A stretch of DNA of 63,646 nt from Lama glama. Its lineage: Eukaryota. The DNA lies in contig CM052816.1 of assembly GCA_028534125.1 (NCBI GenBank), forward strand, positions 81,532,355-81,596,000, read 5' to 3'. Every line of letters starts with the position of its first letter. Position 1 is the first letter of the stretch. Of the stretch, positions 26,306-39,448 are shown in pieces. Both the position numbers and the translations under genes were made by a program. The notes beneath the pieces are model-generated. The model was not told the DNA's origin. It did no database searches and saw only the letters and a list, made by a program, of their open reading frames with translations.

Positions 26306-26378
26306 CATTGGTTTATGGGATCCTTTATTTTTTTTTTATTATGTTAAAGTATATATAACATAAAATTTACCATTTTAA

Positions 26379-26544
26379 GGACCTACTGTATAGCACAGGA
26401 AACTATATTCAATAACTTATAATAACCTATAGTGGAAAAGAATGAAAAAGAATATGTATGTATAACTGAATCACTTTGCTGTACAACTGAAACTAACAAC
26501 ATTGTAAATTAACTATACTTCAATTTTAAAAATAGTTTAAAAAC
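26379..26544 (+). mobile_element. 5'-truncated young L1 3' end with target-site duplication
   Basis: ggacctactgtatagcacaggaaactatattcaa...aactatacttcaat, flanked by direct repeats tttaccattttaa (26366-26378, 26545-26557). Confidence 0.85.
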
Positions 26545-29500
26545 TTTACCATTTTAACCATTTGAAGTATACAGTTCAGTCCCCCCGACTTTTGGTAGTT
26601 GCGCTGTCTCTGCTGTGCAAGGAAGATCGTTGTCAGATACTATAATCTCTCCACTTCAGTCTTACTCTTACTTCAGTCTTAACTCTCAGGTAAATATATA
26701 CTTGGTTCTCACCACCATTCCTTATGTCACTGTCCAGTGAATCTGGTTGTCTGTTAGTAGATTTTTCAGAACGGGCTTGTGAGAATAGTATTTCCTGTGT
26801 TTTTATATGCTGATGACAGTTTCTCTGCAGCCTTTTATTTGAAAGTCAGTTTGTGTAAAATGGTTGGGTCACTTTTTTTTTTTTTTTAAGTATGTTCTTT
26901 TTGGCATACAGCAGTACTGTTGAAGTCTGATTGTAACATAGTTTTCTTTCCCTCACGAATGCCTTATTTTTTTTTTTGCCTGGAGCCTGTGGGATTTTTT
27001 TCTCCAATTTTTTGCCAGTAATGTCACTACAGTACGTTTTGGTGTTGGTGGTTCTGGTTCAATTTTCCCAAGTACATGATGTGTTCTTTCATTGCATAGC
27101 GTCAGATCTTTTTTTATTCTTAATTTAAGGAAAATTTAAAGTTTTAGTGTTTGTTCTGTTCCCTTGTTTAGGCTTCCTTCTTTGGGGATTGCTATTATGT
27201 ATCTTTTTTTTTTTTCCAGTTTTGCTGGGGTTCTTTTCTTTATTTTTGATCTTTAAATGTTTCACTCTTTTTATCTTCTCTTTCTCATTATCTTAAACAT
27301 TATCCTGTTTATTCACTGTGAATGATCTTTCTAGTTTAGTCTTTTCTGAAATTACTTTTTTCCTGAGTTTCAATAACCAATTTCTGAATTTTTCTGATTT
27401 CCGTTGATATCATTCATTCTTATTTTGTGTCATTTTCTTGATGTATTTTAATTGATTTTGAGGTATTAGAGCTTTTATAGGTTTCCTGGGTACGTCTTTC
27501 TGGTGTGCCTTTGTCGTCTGTGGGATTGTACTTGCTCCTTATGCTCTGTTTTGTTTTGATTACTTTGTATGGGATTTGACCTTGATTATCTTCTGTTGCC
27601 CATTTTCACATGAAATTACTTTTCCTATTTGAGAAGGGAGATGTGAGTCAGGGTAGCTTTTCTGACTGTACACTCTACGTGTAAAGAAATACAGCAACTT
27701 GCTTTCTAGGATCTGGTTCTGCTGCTCTCACTTGCCTTTATCTGGACCTCCTTTTTTTTTTTTTCTCCCATCTCTATTCTTATCCAGCTCAGTTTGGTTC
27801 TGTTCCCAGTAGTGTCTCCTCAGTATGGGGCATTGGCTGGTCATGTTTGAGAGGGAAGAAACTATTCCCGTGTCAGCTGCTGTTACCTAACGGTCCTCTG
27901 AGCTGCTCTGTTGACTCTGGGGCTGTGGGGTGGGGTGTGTCAGGGCTGTCCGATGCCCTGTTCTTCCTTCTTCCCTTGCGCGGATTCTCACACCACATTG
28001 GGCTTGTTGCTGTTTGTAGTTTGCCTCTGCTCATTTGTACACTTTGGAGTTTGGGGGGGTACTTTCGCACCTAGTTTTGTTGTAGATGTTGACCAGGGTT
28101 TTTCTATGCTAGTAGCTCTGGGTGTATGTGTGTGGTGTTAGTGGTGGGGAATGGGAAATGGGTGGGATATGAAGAGAATAAAAAACTGTCACTGTTCTAT
28201 TTTCCCTGAATCTGCTGGGACAGCCCCCAGTAGTTTTTAGTTGGCATGTGGTCTCGCTTCTGCTTTATAGCTTCTGAATTTAGTCTCATATTCACTTTAT
28301 GATTAAAACAACATATTTAGCTTTTTAGACGTTTTTTCCTTTCTTGCTTTTAAATGTATGTATGATCACTCGGGAATTTTGTTGTCAAGGAATTTGATGC
28401 AAGGGATCCAGCTTCCCCCCACCCCCCGCCCTGCCCCAAATACCTTGTCAATTATTTAACAGTCCATTTTCTGTAACTGATTTAGAATGCCCCTTTGAAT
28501 TTCTTCAAATTCAGATTCTTCGATTCAGATTTAATTATACTGGTTTTCTGATAATGTTGTAATAGGGCTAGTCCCCTACTTAGGCTTTTTCAAGATAATT
28601 CTGGTTATTTGTACATGTTTATCCTACCAAATGGACTTTAGAATAATGTTTTTCAGGTTAAAAAGATTCTTTTGAGGTCATTGTTGGATTTATATTATAA
28701 TTATAAACCTGTTGGAGGAGAATTGAAATCTTTGTAGTATTGAGTCATTCTATCCAAGGATAAGCTATATCTCTCCATTTTTCAAGTTACTGGTTTGATG
28801 TCCCTTAATAGAATTTTGTAGGTCTTACCAGTCCTTGCCAGAGTTAAATATATTTTCAGGTACTATTGTGAATGGGTGTTTCCTCTTGTAATATGTTTTA
28901 ATTGGTTATTATTTACATGTAGGAAAGCTTGTTTTGATGAATAATTTTTGATAGCCACCTTACTGAATTCTAATATTTTAATAGTTTTTAAATTGATGTG
29001 TTTGTGCTTACATGTATGCAGCTATATCATGTGCAAATTATGATACCTTTGATTCTTCCCACTATTTATACCTCTGTTAAAAATGTTTGTCTAATTGTAT
29101 TGGCTTGTACCTCTAGAGTATTGTTATTCAGCAATAACAACAGTGGACATCCTTTTTTTTTGTGTATACCTGACTTTAATGGGAATGATTCTGGAGTTTT
29201 TCCATTAGAGTTTGAAGTGGATTTTTTGAAGATATGTCCTTTCACAGGATTAAGATTTCTTAATTTCATAACATTCCTGCATTCCTGGAATTAATATCAG
29301 TTAGACTTGGTGCTTTCTTTAATGCACTACTGGATTCTATTGGCTAACATTTACTTGGGATTTATTTTATTTATACATTTGCTTTGTCCATTTTCATTGT
29401 ATTCTAAACATTTTTCAAGTTCATCATCTGCAATGTCACTGACCTGGGTTTTTGCAGTCTGATTTGACTTGATATTTACATGGCTTTGGTTCAGTAAGGT

Positions 29501-31559
29501 GGTCTCTTCAGTTTCTGTTCTTTGTTCTACCAGATCCGTATTAATCTCATTTGATTTTATCTCTTCTTTGATCTTGTGCTTCTTAGAAGCCACATTCTCT
29601 TTAAGTGCATTGAAAATATTAAACAGTTTGTGTTTCTAATTTTCTTTTGATTATCAAGCTGGTCCTCCAAGTTATATTTTTTATCTGCCTTTTGCGTACT
29701 ACGTTTCAGCACCCTCCCTCCCCCTTTCCCAGTTCTGTATTCATGAATAGGACACTAGCTGGGCCTGACTGTTGAATAGGGGAGGTGGGGTTCTATGTAA
29801 GCCTGTCATTTGGTCACTAGTGGGTACTTCAGAACTCTGTTTAAGCGCTGTTCAGTTCATCCCTTAGGATGAGAGAGAAGAGCTGATTTTAACCTTTTTT
29901 CAGATCTAGCTGCTTTGGGGGGATTGAGAGGAGGGGTATAGATTGGTGCCTGGTGTGACCTTTATGGGTGAGCGGCGGCTGCTAATCTCTGAGTGGATCA
30001 GTTGAGCCCCTTTGTTGCAGGAACCTGTGTAGCAGGGGCTCCCCTCAGATCAGACCATTCCTTGCCTATGACTCCTCTGACCTGCCGAGGCTGACCAGGT
30101 GCCCCCTCCGCCACCTCACCTTCCCTCCCATTCCAAGGAGTGGAAATGGCTCTAATTTTGGGTGCTTCCTGCTTTTTCTGAGGCCCAACTTCTCCTGTAA
30201 TTCCCTTTCTTCAAGTGAAGTTTTTTTGGTGGCATTCTTCAGAACTCTGATTTCATACCTTCTTTGCTTTCTCTCATTCAGAGAGAATGGTATCCCATTT
30301 CATTATTCTCCTTCAGTTTGGTCTCAGATTTTATTTATTTCATTTATTTACATGGTATATAGCCTTCAACGTTCATAGAATGCGTGTGTGGCTATTTCTA
30401 TATTGTGTTGAAACTGTCCTCCAGGAAAAAGCTCTACCCAAATGTGAGGGTAGACTGAGCCAGTCTGAAACAAACTTTTGGAGTACATATGGAAAATCAG
30501 GCAGGCAGCAGTTTGGATATCCAGAGAAATTCTGTGACACAGAGTGGGGCAAAAATTATGACAAAATAGCCTTCATTGGTTTCTAAGAAAAGGTGTGAAG
30601 AACTGGGGATAAGGCTGCCAGTGGGCAGAGGGAGGAGAAGCAGGTCTGCAGAAACAGACCCATGTGGAGCCCTGTCATTGGAGGGGCAAGTGAGGGGGGA
30701 ACCGAGTGACAACCCCCTCCCCAGAGTTTCTCCTGTTTCTGAGGTCTGGTCATATGTGGAGTCCCATTGTTGGATTTCTGTGAGCTGCCATCTTGCCTTC
30801 TTCCTTGGGCTACACTAGGTTGATGTCTGCCTCTGAAAACCAAAAGAACCTAAATAAAGTAGATGCTTTTTATTTCACTCTGCAAAGAAAGATCCCAGAT
30901 CATCCAAGTATCTGGTGGGGAGAAGGTGGCGAATGAGTAAGGGTTTTAGGAAAAACGAAGAATGTAGTCATTGTGAAGAATGAGAGAAAAAAAACTGACA
31001 AGGAAACAATAGCCAAATAGCGTCCAGGTTCCAACTGAGGTTGGAAACCATGAACTGATGGCAGCAGCTCCTGTGCAGTTGTGAGGCTTTTGTGAGATTC
31101 AGGAATAGGCCTGTAGGTACCAAGAGCTGGCTGGTTGGAAGGATCCCAGATGAGCTGGGACAAGGCTGCCGAGCACCCGTGTGCTGGGGTGGAGGTGGTG
31201 GTGCTCTCCCATGGGGTCTCGTCTAGATAGAGAAGGGAAGGAAACGGTGGGGGTTCTCTAGGGCAGACAACTAACATTTGTCCAGGGATGGAGGGCCTGT
31301 TGAAACGGAAGAAGCAGTACTGGGAGGAAGCGGAGGAAGCGCCAGACGGTCTGGAAGGTGTAAAAGCGAGAGATTTTTGATTTTAAGACCTCGGAGGCGG
31401 AACAGTTCTGGATTGTGTCCGGTCCTGAGTGTGGCCGTGGAAAGAATGGTTGACTTGAGTTCTGCTGCCTTTGTCCCTCTCAGCCATCCAAATAATCAAC
31501 ATTTCTTATCTTGGTATTTTAAAAGTTTATTCTATAGAACTAAAAAAACAAGAAACAAA

Positions 31560-34241
31560 CCAAGTAGTAAACAGAGTGTTTATTTTTTTAAAATTACTTA
31601 AAAAATGTTTATAGAGATGTGGATTTACATACATAACTTGGCGACAACATCTTAAAAATGTACAAGCTATTTCATATTATTGCACTTACTCTTTAATATA
31701 TAAGGCATTTTATTTTACATAAATAAAGGATAACGTATAATATCATACAACAGGTGTAGTGCCAACTGAGTCAACCCTAAAGTTAAATGAGCTGTGTATG
31801 GGATGACAGAAACGAAACCCAACCTACTTCAATTTTCACGGTATATCCTTGCAACTATGATTTACACGTTATAACACAGTTACCATCATAGCTTATTGTG
31901 GATGACTGACTGACCAGTTAAAAAACCAAAACAATGGAAGTTTTAGTAGGACAATACCATTAGTGTTCACGTCTGGATGTGTGGGAATTTATTAGACTAA
32001 TTAGAAATACTAGTCATGCCTTGAACACTGACGACAAATAAATAGCTTTCTATCCCAGGGTCAAAGTTTAGCTTTTGCTTCCTCCCTGAAATTCCAACTG
32101 TTGAATTCCAAAGGAACCCTCTGGCCAAGTCCAACAGAAGTGGCTGATGACTAATAGAGTTTAGTGAGCCAGGGGTCTACCCTTGTGCTCTTCAGATATG
32201 AGGATTAGGAACTCTGAGAAGGGGAGCGTTCCGTTGCTCCCATTGCCCTGGAGATCCGTCACGCAGGCCTGGGTGTTTCTATGTAGGCACAGCTGGAAGA
32301 GTGGAGGCAAAAAATAGTTTTTGGCCTTGACTTCAAAGAGTCTCTCATTTAAGCAAGAAAGCAGAAGCCATAAAACTGACCCCAGAGACTTAAAAAACAA
32401 TCTAGCATGCACCTTGCACTGACTTCCTACAGTATCCTATCTGGAATTGTAGTAGTGAAAAGTAGAAGCTAAATTAATCAGGTCTGTCTAGCTAACCCCT
32501 GAACTACATTCTCTTGTATAACCTGTTTAAAAATGAGAAATCTGGGCTCACACCAGCCAGATATTTCACTCCCCTCTGAGAGACCTCTCTGGGCCAAGTC
32601 CATAGAGGTGTACTGGGATTAGTCACTCAGAAATAGGTTATTTAAAGAAATTGCCAACATAAAACCCTAGCGTCATGCACGCAGGTATGCAAGCCTCACC
32701 CGTATTCCCAGGACTCAGTCAACTGGCCTGCGCCACCCGAGGATGTGTGTTGTAAATACACAGTTCTGCTCCTTTACTGAAAAAGACTGACTCATCCTCA
32801 TTCTCCATTTTCTTATTACATTTTAGCAAATGAAGCTAATGAGTGTTTGGATTTTAAGAAGGTACAGTATGAGGGGAGAAAAGCCAGTTTTGTGACAAGG
32901 AACAGCACATCGAATGGGAACAGTTACTACGAAGAAGCTCGTGCTTCAAAAGGAGAGCAGCTGGGACGAGTGTCACAAGCAAGTGTGAGTCACAACAGTG
33001 TTCTGCAGGGAAACACTTTTGGCCAAAGGAAGAATTTGCAAAACGGGAAAACAAAAAGAGCAAAGGCTTCAGTCACTGCAGAGCTATGTCATCAAACCCA
33101 GGTCAGGAAAATAGATCCAATGCTTAGAAATATATTTCTTAAGCTTGTTGAAAAGTGGGGGGAGGGGAAGCCAAACCAAAGAGTCTCCTTAAAGGATTGT
33201 TTTAAGCTCACCTGTTTGGATTATAAATCCAAGGATACTAAAAAGATACTTGATTTCTGAAAATTTAGTTTAAATTAGTAGTTGGAGTACATAAAATACA
33301 GAAATGGAAACCCAGTGACGAGGATAATTTTTCTTGCTCTTTTGCTGACCAGTCTTGAATTCAAGCATTTATTCAAGACAAGTTCCAAACTGGATGCAAG
33401 GTGCTTTCAGAGCTGGAACTTTCTGCTCTTTCTAAGCAGTGAAGTTCATGGCTATTTAGTACAGTTTATCGGAGCTGCATTCCTATAAAATTGCCTTTCA
33501 ATATACGCTTTCAGATCATGATCAACATTTCATGTTGATCCATGACCATGACCCACTGAGTTGAACTATGCAGCCATATGAGGCACATTACACTCACTAA
33601 AAATACCACTTTCTGTATTCTGCTTTTTCACTTTTAGATAATTCCTGAGCTCAGCCTAACCATTAGGTCATAATTGATTTTCGTTTTTCAAGTCTCTCTT
33701 CTTTTCAGGATAACATACAGACCTACAGCTCCTTCCACTGAATGTGCCTAAAAGCATTCTGTTATTTACTTACAAAAGTATATAAAACTATAGTCCTTTT
33801 GGTTGTGACACCTGTGTTGCCCCTCAGACTCCGTTGGCTTCCTAATTGCCAGGCTTGATTCTGCTGGGAGAGGTGGCAAGCAGGATGTGAAGCTCACTAG
33901 AGGTTTCAGATGAAGAAGGGCATGCCACATCTGTGTCCCCATCAGTAAACGTGAGAGGTGGTGGGGGGACAGGCACTGGAACGAAGCGAACCCTCTCGCC
34001 TAGGAGATCCAGGCGGAAGGCCTCTGGAGTTCAGCTCCATTGCTGCTGCACACAAGAAAGGTCAGCTTCCTGTGTAAGTAAAAACTTGGAGAGTTTTTCA
34101 GTCCTTGCTCACACCAGTGCTCCTCTGTTGTTTCAGGAACCCATGGTTTAAAGAAGTCATTCTGATTTGCTAAAGAAAGAAGGGAACGGAGGAAAGGAGA
34201 TTCTGGTTAAAAAAATGCAACAGGCACTATTAGTGTCACTA
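31560..34241 (-). other. PDZD2: PDZD2 3'UTR (~2.7 kb)
   Basis: Follows the stop codon. The AU-rich distal part ends at AATAAA followed by a GT/T-rich tract on the - strand. The end is approximate. Confidence 0.75.
31579..31584 (-). terminator. PDZD2 polyadenylation signal AATAAA (other copies at 31526-31531 and ~31709-31714)
   Basis: TTTATT on the + strand. The minus-strand downstream sequence ttggtttgtttcttgttttttt is a typical downstream element. Confidence 0.7.
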
Positions 34242-34420
34242 CTAGTGCTTGTTGCAGGAAGAATTCCTGTGCTTTCTGATGACTAACTGCACAGGTCCCT
34301 CCGGGACAGACTTCATAATATTCCATGCATCGAAGTGCAAGAGCCCAACCAGGGATTTCCCATTAATGGCAAGAATTTCATCTCCAGCTTCTATTGTTCC
34401 AGCTTGTTCAGCTGCACCAC
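34242..34420 (-). CDS. PDZD2: PDZD2 last coding exon (179 nt including TAG), end of PDZ6
   Basis: Acceptor ttctcacag|GTGGTGCA. Translates GAAEQAGTIEAGDEILAINGKSLVGLLHFDAWNIMKSVPEGPVQLVIRKHRNSSCNKH*. Confidence 0.96.
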
Positions 34421-34479
34421 CTGTGAGAAGAAATACAGAATAATAGCTTGGTACTTTCATAGACTTAGAATAAATTCCA

Positions 34480-37400
34480 AGTAAACTACAAATTTAAGTG
34501 AGAAAAATCTTTAAAAGGATATGCCTGTATTCTTAGGAGAGGGACATTTTCTTAAACAAGACATAGAACGCATAGACACATAAAAAGAAATTCAATGACA
34601 TTAAAAAAATTCAAATCTATAATAACCCCTCTTTCCCTAAAACAACTAAGGGAAGATATTTTCAATGTATTTAGTCAAGAAAGGGTTAATATCTAGACAT
34701 GATAACTCCAAATCAATAACGAACACACCAAAAAATCTAAATGACCAATAAATGCAAGAAAATTAGTTCAACTTCTACTTGATACTGGCTAATCTGTCCA
34801 CGGTCTGAGAATCAGTGAGTACATGCTCTCCTGTGACTGTGGACGTTCCTTAATTGATTACTGATCCACAAAACTTAAATTTCTACCCTATAACTTTGTG
34901 TATGTTATAGCAAGTTTGTGAGCTTTGAAAAAACACAAGTTTAAGCCCTCTTCTATTTACTTTCTTGCACACACACGTCTAAAACAATCGCATTGAAGAA
35001 GAAATGCACACTGGCTATGGAGGCATCTTTTCATCTTATGCAAGAAGGACCGTTGGAAAAAAAATTCCCTGCCTGAAAATAATTGTCTCAGAATCTTTAG
35101 ATTTCAGAACACTGAGCAGATATATCTACTTTGTCCCAAATGTCTGAAAAGCATTGTTAAATATTACTTGATACCAATACACACGTTAATTATAGTTGCA
35201 TTTCTTCCAGCTATATTTTTATTATTTTATCAACCTTTATAATCAACTATAAAACCAAAGGTAGTGCCAGCTTTGGGACTTATATATCAGAGAGAAATAC
35301 TTTTCTCTTGTTTTTAAACCATTGTTGTTTTGGGTTTTCTATGACATGGGGCCAAAGAGAATCCTAACTAATTTGATCAGGCTCGCGCGCTCTCCATTTA
35401 TTGAGATTTTTTTTTTTTAAAGTCTTTTAGAATGCTAGAATGCTTTTATGCTTTTCTCCAAAAGGTCTTGCATGGTTTTTGTGTGACACACCCTTAGGTT
35501 CTTTATGGTTGTTACTATGAATTGGCATCATACAGTACCGAATCTGTATTTTGCTTTTTTTCTCCCCGATCTGGCACTGTTTTTGAGCTGATCCCGGTTA
35601 ATGTATATTGATCTAGTATGCTTTTTGAGTTGCTATATGGTTTTCTTTTTTATGGATGTAATGTATTTTACTCATCATTTTGCTACAGATAGAAATGTAA
35701 ATTGTTTCATGCCTTATTTTAGCAAGCACTGCCAAATGTTTCCCCAAAGAGATGAACCATCTCTACTTCCACCAGAAAGTATGTTCTCCTTTCCTTAGTA
35801 TCTTGCCAACACTTCATATTATGAGATGATTTATGGCCAACTTGATTTAAAAGAAAATGGTTCCTAGTAATTATAATACAAGTTTGAGCATCTTTTCCTG
35901 TATTTCTTCCATTTAGGTTTTAACTTTTGCCAATTCTGTTCTCTACTCATTTCTTTTACCTAGTTTTTCTTTTTGTGTTTTTCTTACTGAATTACAGTTC
36001 TTTGTGTTTTCTGGATATTAGGCTTTTATTGATTAACTATATTGCACATATCTTCTAGGCGCTTAGATTTTTATATTTGTTTGTGAACTTTTTTGCCATA
36101 TAGGAGATAAACATTTTACATATATATACATATATTCTTACATGTTTTTGTGTTATACTTAATCCTCCCTATAGGATTTTAAAATAATGGTTATTGCTGA
36201 TATATAGGAAATTCTGTTGATTGTTGTGTGTTTGTGAATTCAGCAATCTTGGTGAGCTATTTATATTGGCTTGATTCTGTTAGATTTTTTTTTTAATCAG
36301 GAAGAACATAATTTGCAATAATGACAAATTGTATTCCTATATTGCTAATCTTTGTATCTTTAATCTTTTTCTAATCTTATTGTATTACTGATATTCTTGG
36401 TAAAATGATGAAAAGGGAAACATAGTTAAAAAAAAATTAGAAAAGAATTTTTTTTAAAGCAGCCCGGACATTGGTAGTGACAGTGCTCTAACCTTTACCT
36501 GGATGGCTGCCACTTCACACAAGAGCTTACAAATAACTATTCACTGCTTTTTTCATAGATAAAATCCCTGACTTTCAAGAGAGCTTTAGGGAAATATGAT
36601 ATTTAATTTCTTTATTATTCAAAGAATTTTTTTTACATTCGATTGATGCAGGAAATTGAATATTGCTCTATTGCTTTTGGTGCTGGAGCTAAAAGGCACA
36701 GGAAACCAGAAGAAACAGAAAACCTGTACCCATTAAATCTGTAAGTATGAAATAAAGGTAAGAACTCTTGGGACAGAGCTCTAAGCCTGTAAAAGGAAAT
36801 CACATTTACTAGTCTCCAGCAAGAGTCAGGGAGGGACCTACTGCATAATATTCAGAAATTCTTGAATTCCTTTTCCCAAGAAAAAAAATGCTGGCTTGTG
36901 GAACAAATGCTTCTTTCTCCTTCCTCTCTGTCCATTTATATCATTTTTCATGGATTTCTAGCCAGATGCTAGAGATGGAGGCCAAGAAATTCCCCACGAC
37001 ATTATCCTTGCCCTGCTGGCCAGAGATCAGGGGGCGGCTGCTTCCCTACCTCAGGGCTGCAAATTCCGCGGGACTCCCAGTGTGGCCTCTCAGTCTCCAC
37101 CCGGGCTGCTGCCTTTGTTGGCTTCAGCTTCTGCTCCTTGGCTCACAGGTCAAAAATACCTTTTTGGGCTGTGAGCTTCTTGGCCTTCAGGGGCTGCATG
37201 TCCTGGGACTTGATGACAGTGGCAGTGACTCCAGCTCCCTTCACTGCGTGAGTCCCGAAACCTCCATTTTGCTCTCACTCTTGAGTGCTGGTCTGGCTGG
37301 GCAGTGTTTTAGGCTGACAGATGTTACCCTCTGTCCTGGGAAGGGGTTATTCTGTCATCTTCCGGCATTCACGCTGCCAGTCTGATTGTGGTGCCCCTGA

Positions 37401-38330
37401 GCAATCTGCAGATTTTCTGCGTGCTTCTTAGGTGTTCTTATTCTTTATATTTTGAAATGTTATTGTGATATATCAAGGTTTGGGTTTTTATGAAAATCAT
37501 CTGTTTTACCCTTGATGAGAATTTTCAGTCTGAATACTCCTATTTTTCAATAGTCACGATGTCTCCAAATTTTCCTCCTCATCGCTTAGCATGCTTTTGT
37601 AATTTTTATCTATTCCCTTGTGTTGCAGTTTTTATGGTTTCTTGTTTCTCAATTTTTATGTTCTTTGTAAGGATTTAGTATAGTTTTAAATTCTATTTAT
37701 TAGTTTAAAAAATATTTGGCTGCCTTTTCACTAACAGGTTTGTTTGTGCATGTCTTTTAATATGTCTGCTTCTTTTGAATACCCTCTTGTTTTATGGATA
37801 ATATTTCTGCCTTAGTTTTTAATGGACTTTCCTGTTTATTGAGTCTATTGGTGATTTCCTCATGCACTTTGTAATCTTTGTTTTAGGGTCTTGCTGAGTG
37901 CTCCTACAGTCACGTTCAATGCTTGCCTTGGTTTGGCTTTCTGTGTTCTGCTGCTGTCAAGTTAATATGGAGTTTTCCCTTTACTCAAGGACCACGCTCT
38001 AGACATCACACACAGTAGAGGCCTGGCTCCTGATTTATGCCTGTCCTCTGTTTGCCTGGGGAAGGGCGGGTGGCAGGGATGAGCAGTTTGTCCCAAGATG
38101 CTACCTGAGCTAGAAGGCAGAGCTGTTTTGACCCCCGTCACCAGCAGAGAGCAAGTTCCAGCCCTCTGCATCACAAGCAGCCTGGTTCTAGGCTCCCACA
38201 AAATCCGGGGGTGCTCACTGAATCCCCAGCTTCCACTGCACATTTCTCACCCCCTGCTTTCTCTGGGCCACAGGCTGCAGCCCCTGCTGACCACTAGGGG
38301 CTTCATTTCTACTTTTGATCCATGAATATT
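34480..38330. mobile_element. Mosaic of L1ME/HAL1 fragments (plus an MLT1 fragment at ~35265-35373) in the last PDZD2 intron
   Basis: Degenerate LINE motifs in both orientations. MLT1 tail agagagaaatac...aaaccattgttgttttgggttttct. Confidence 0.55.
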
Positions 38331-38510
38331 GAAGAAATAACTCAATTAGTACTGTGTGCCAGGATTAGGGAAGAGGCTTCTAAATTATTATGCAATTGTA
38401 GAAATATACCATAATGCCACCGACTAGAGGGTCATTTAAAAAGTAACAATCCTTATCTAAGAAGAACTGACCTTATTACTTGCTACCCTGCCAACTCAGT
38501 TATTCACAAC

Positions 38511-38930
38511 CCATTTACAGTTTGCATGCTAGACTGCAGGAAAGTAAGATGGGAAGGAGCAGGTATCATCGGCATAGTTGGCAGAGATGAGGTCTCTTCA
38601 TGAACTTGAATAATGCATTGTATGATCTTGGACAGTTCCCCAAATCTCTTCAGGTTCCTGAGCTGAACAGTTATATTAACAATATCAGTATATGTGTGTA
38701 TGTTATATACAGTATCTGTTATGTACTGATACTGTTTTATGTGAAATATTAGTACTATGGTACAGTATTAATTATTATTATTAATATAACTGCTCAGCTC
38801 AGGGACGTGAAGAGAGAATTTCTGAAATCTGTCCAAGATCATAAAAAGACCTCATATCTACCAACTATTTCAGTGATACCTCCTGCTCCCATCTTACTTT
38901 CCTGTAATCCAGTATGTGCGATTTTAAGTG
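38511..38930. repeat. ~420-bp imperfect inverted repeat (MITE-like fold-back)
   Basis: The left arm caggaaagtaagatggga...tagttggcagagatgaggtct...tatgatcttggacag...cctgagctgaacagttatattaa pairs with the right arm ttaatataactgctcagctcagg...ctgtccaagatcata...agacctcatatctaccaacta...tcccatcttactttcctg. Confidence 0.9.
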
Positions 38931-39039
38931 ACTAGTCTTGATCAATGTTAAGTATCCTTGACTGACAGCATTACTTAGCTTGGTATGTTCCCATCAGTAA
39001 TAGCTCATAGTAATTAAGAGCATGAAGACAGGAACGAGG

Positions 39040-39200
39040 AGCTGGGGCACGTCTCCGGAGAGATCTGTGTGACCTTAGATGCTTGTGTAACTCCCCTGCG
39101 GCTCAGTTTCTTCTTACTAGTGCCCCCCCCTGCAGAGCTGGCATGTGCATGACATGAATTACTACATGTGAAATGCTGACAACAGAGCTGACACACAGTA
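39040..39200 (+). mobile_element. MIR SINE fragment
   Basis: tgtgaccttagatgcttgtgtaactcccctgcggctcagtttc...atgtgaaatgctgacaacagagctgacacacagtaa. Confidence 0.65.
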
Positions 39201-39313
39201 AACCTGCACGTCACAAAGCCTTTTTAAACAAATTTGATTTCCAAATGGAAGGCACTGACATACACAGAGAGAACGCAGGTACTGGGCACTGATTGGGTGT
39301 TCGAGGACATTAC

Positions 39314-39448
39314 CTTTATACACTCTCTTAATGAACAGGGGCCCATCTCCAGACATAGACGATCTCCCTCCGTCCAGACTCAGTCCCAGTCCGGCCGAGG
39401 TCTTCAGCATCTCCACACACACGGCATCGTGCGCAGCTGTGCTCCTCC
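39314..39448 (-). CDS. PDZD2: PDZD2 penultimate exon (135 nt), start of PDZ6
   Basis: Boundaries ttgctgcag|GGAGGAGC...TATAAAG|gtaatg. Translates (G)RSTAAHDAVCVEMLKTSAGLGLSLDGGRSSMSGDGPLFIKRVYK(G). Confidence 0.96.

Larger units (their letters stand above)
24430..30330 (-). mobile_element. Mosaic of old L1M/HAL1 fragments with nested younger insertions
   Basis: Continuous T-rich antisense LINE motifs, e.g. cctgactttaatgggaatg and gcactactggattctattggctaacattt. Boundaries approximate. Confidence 0.65.

Noticed and set aside
32847..33260. 137-aa plus-strand ORF
   Set aside because: Non-ATG start, antisense to the PDZD2 3'UTR, and no recognisable domain or splice context.
36888..37385. 165-aa plus-strand ORF
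   Set aside because: Lies in degenerate LINE 5'-region sequence and has a non-protein-like Leu/Ser/Cys composition.
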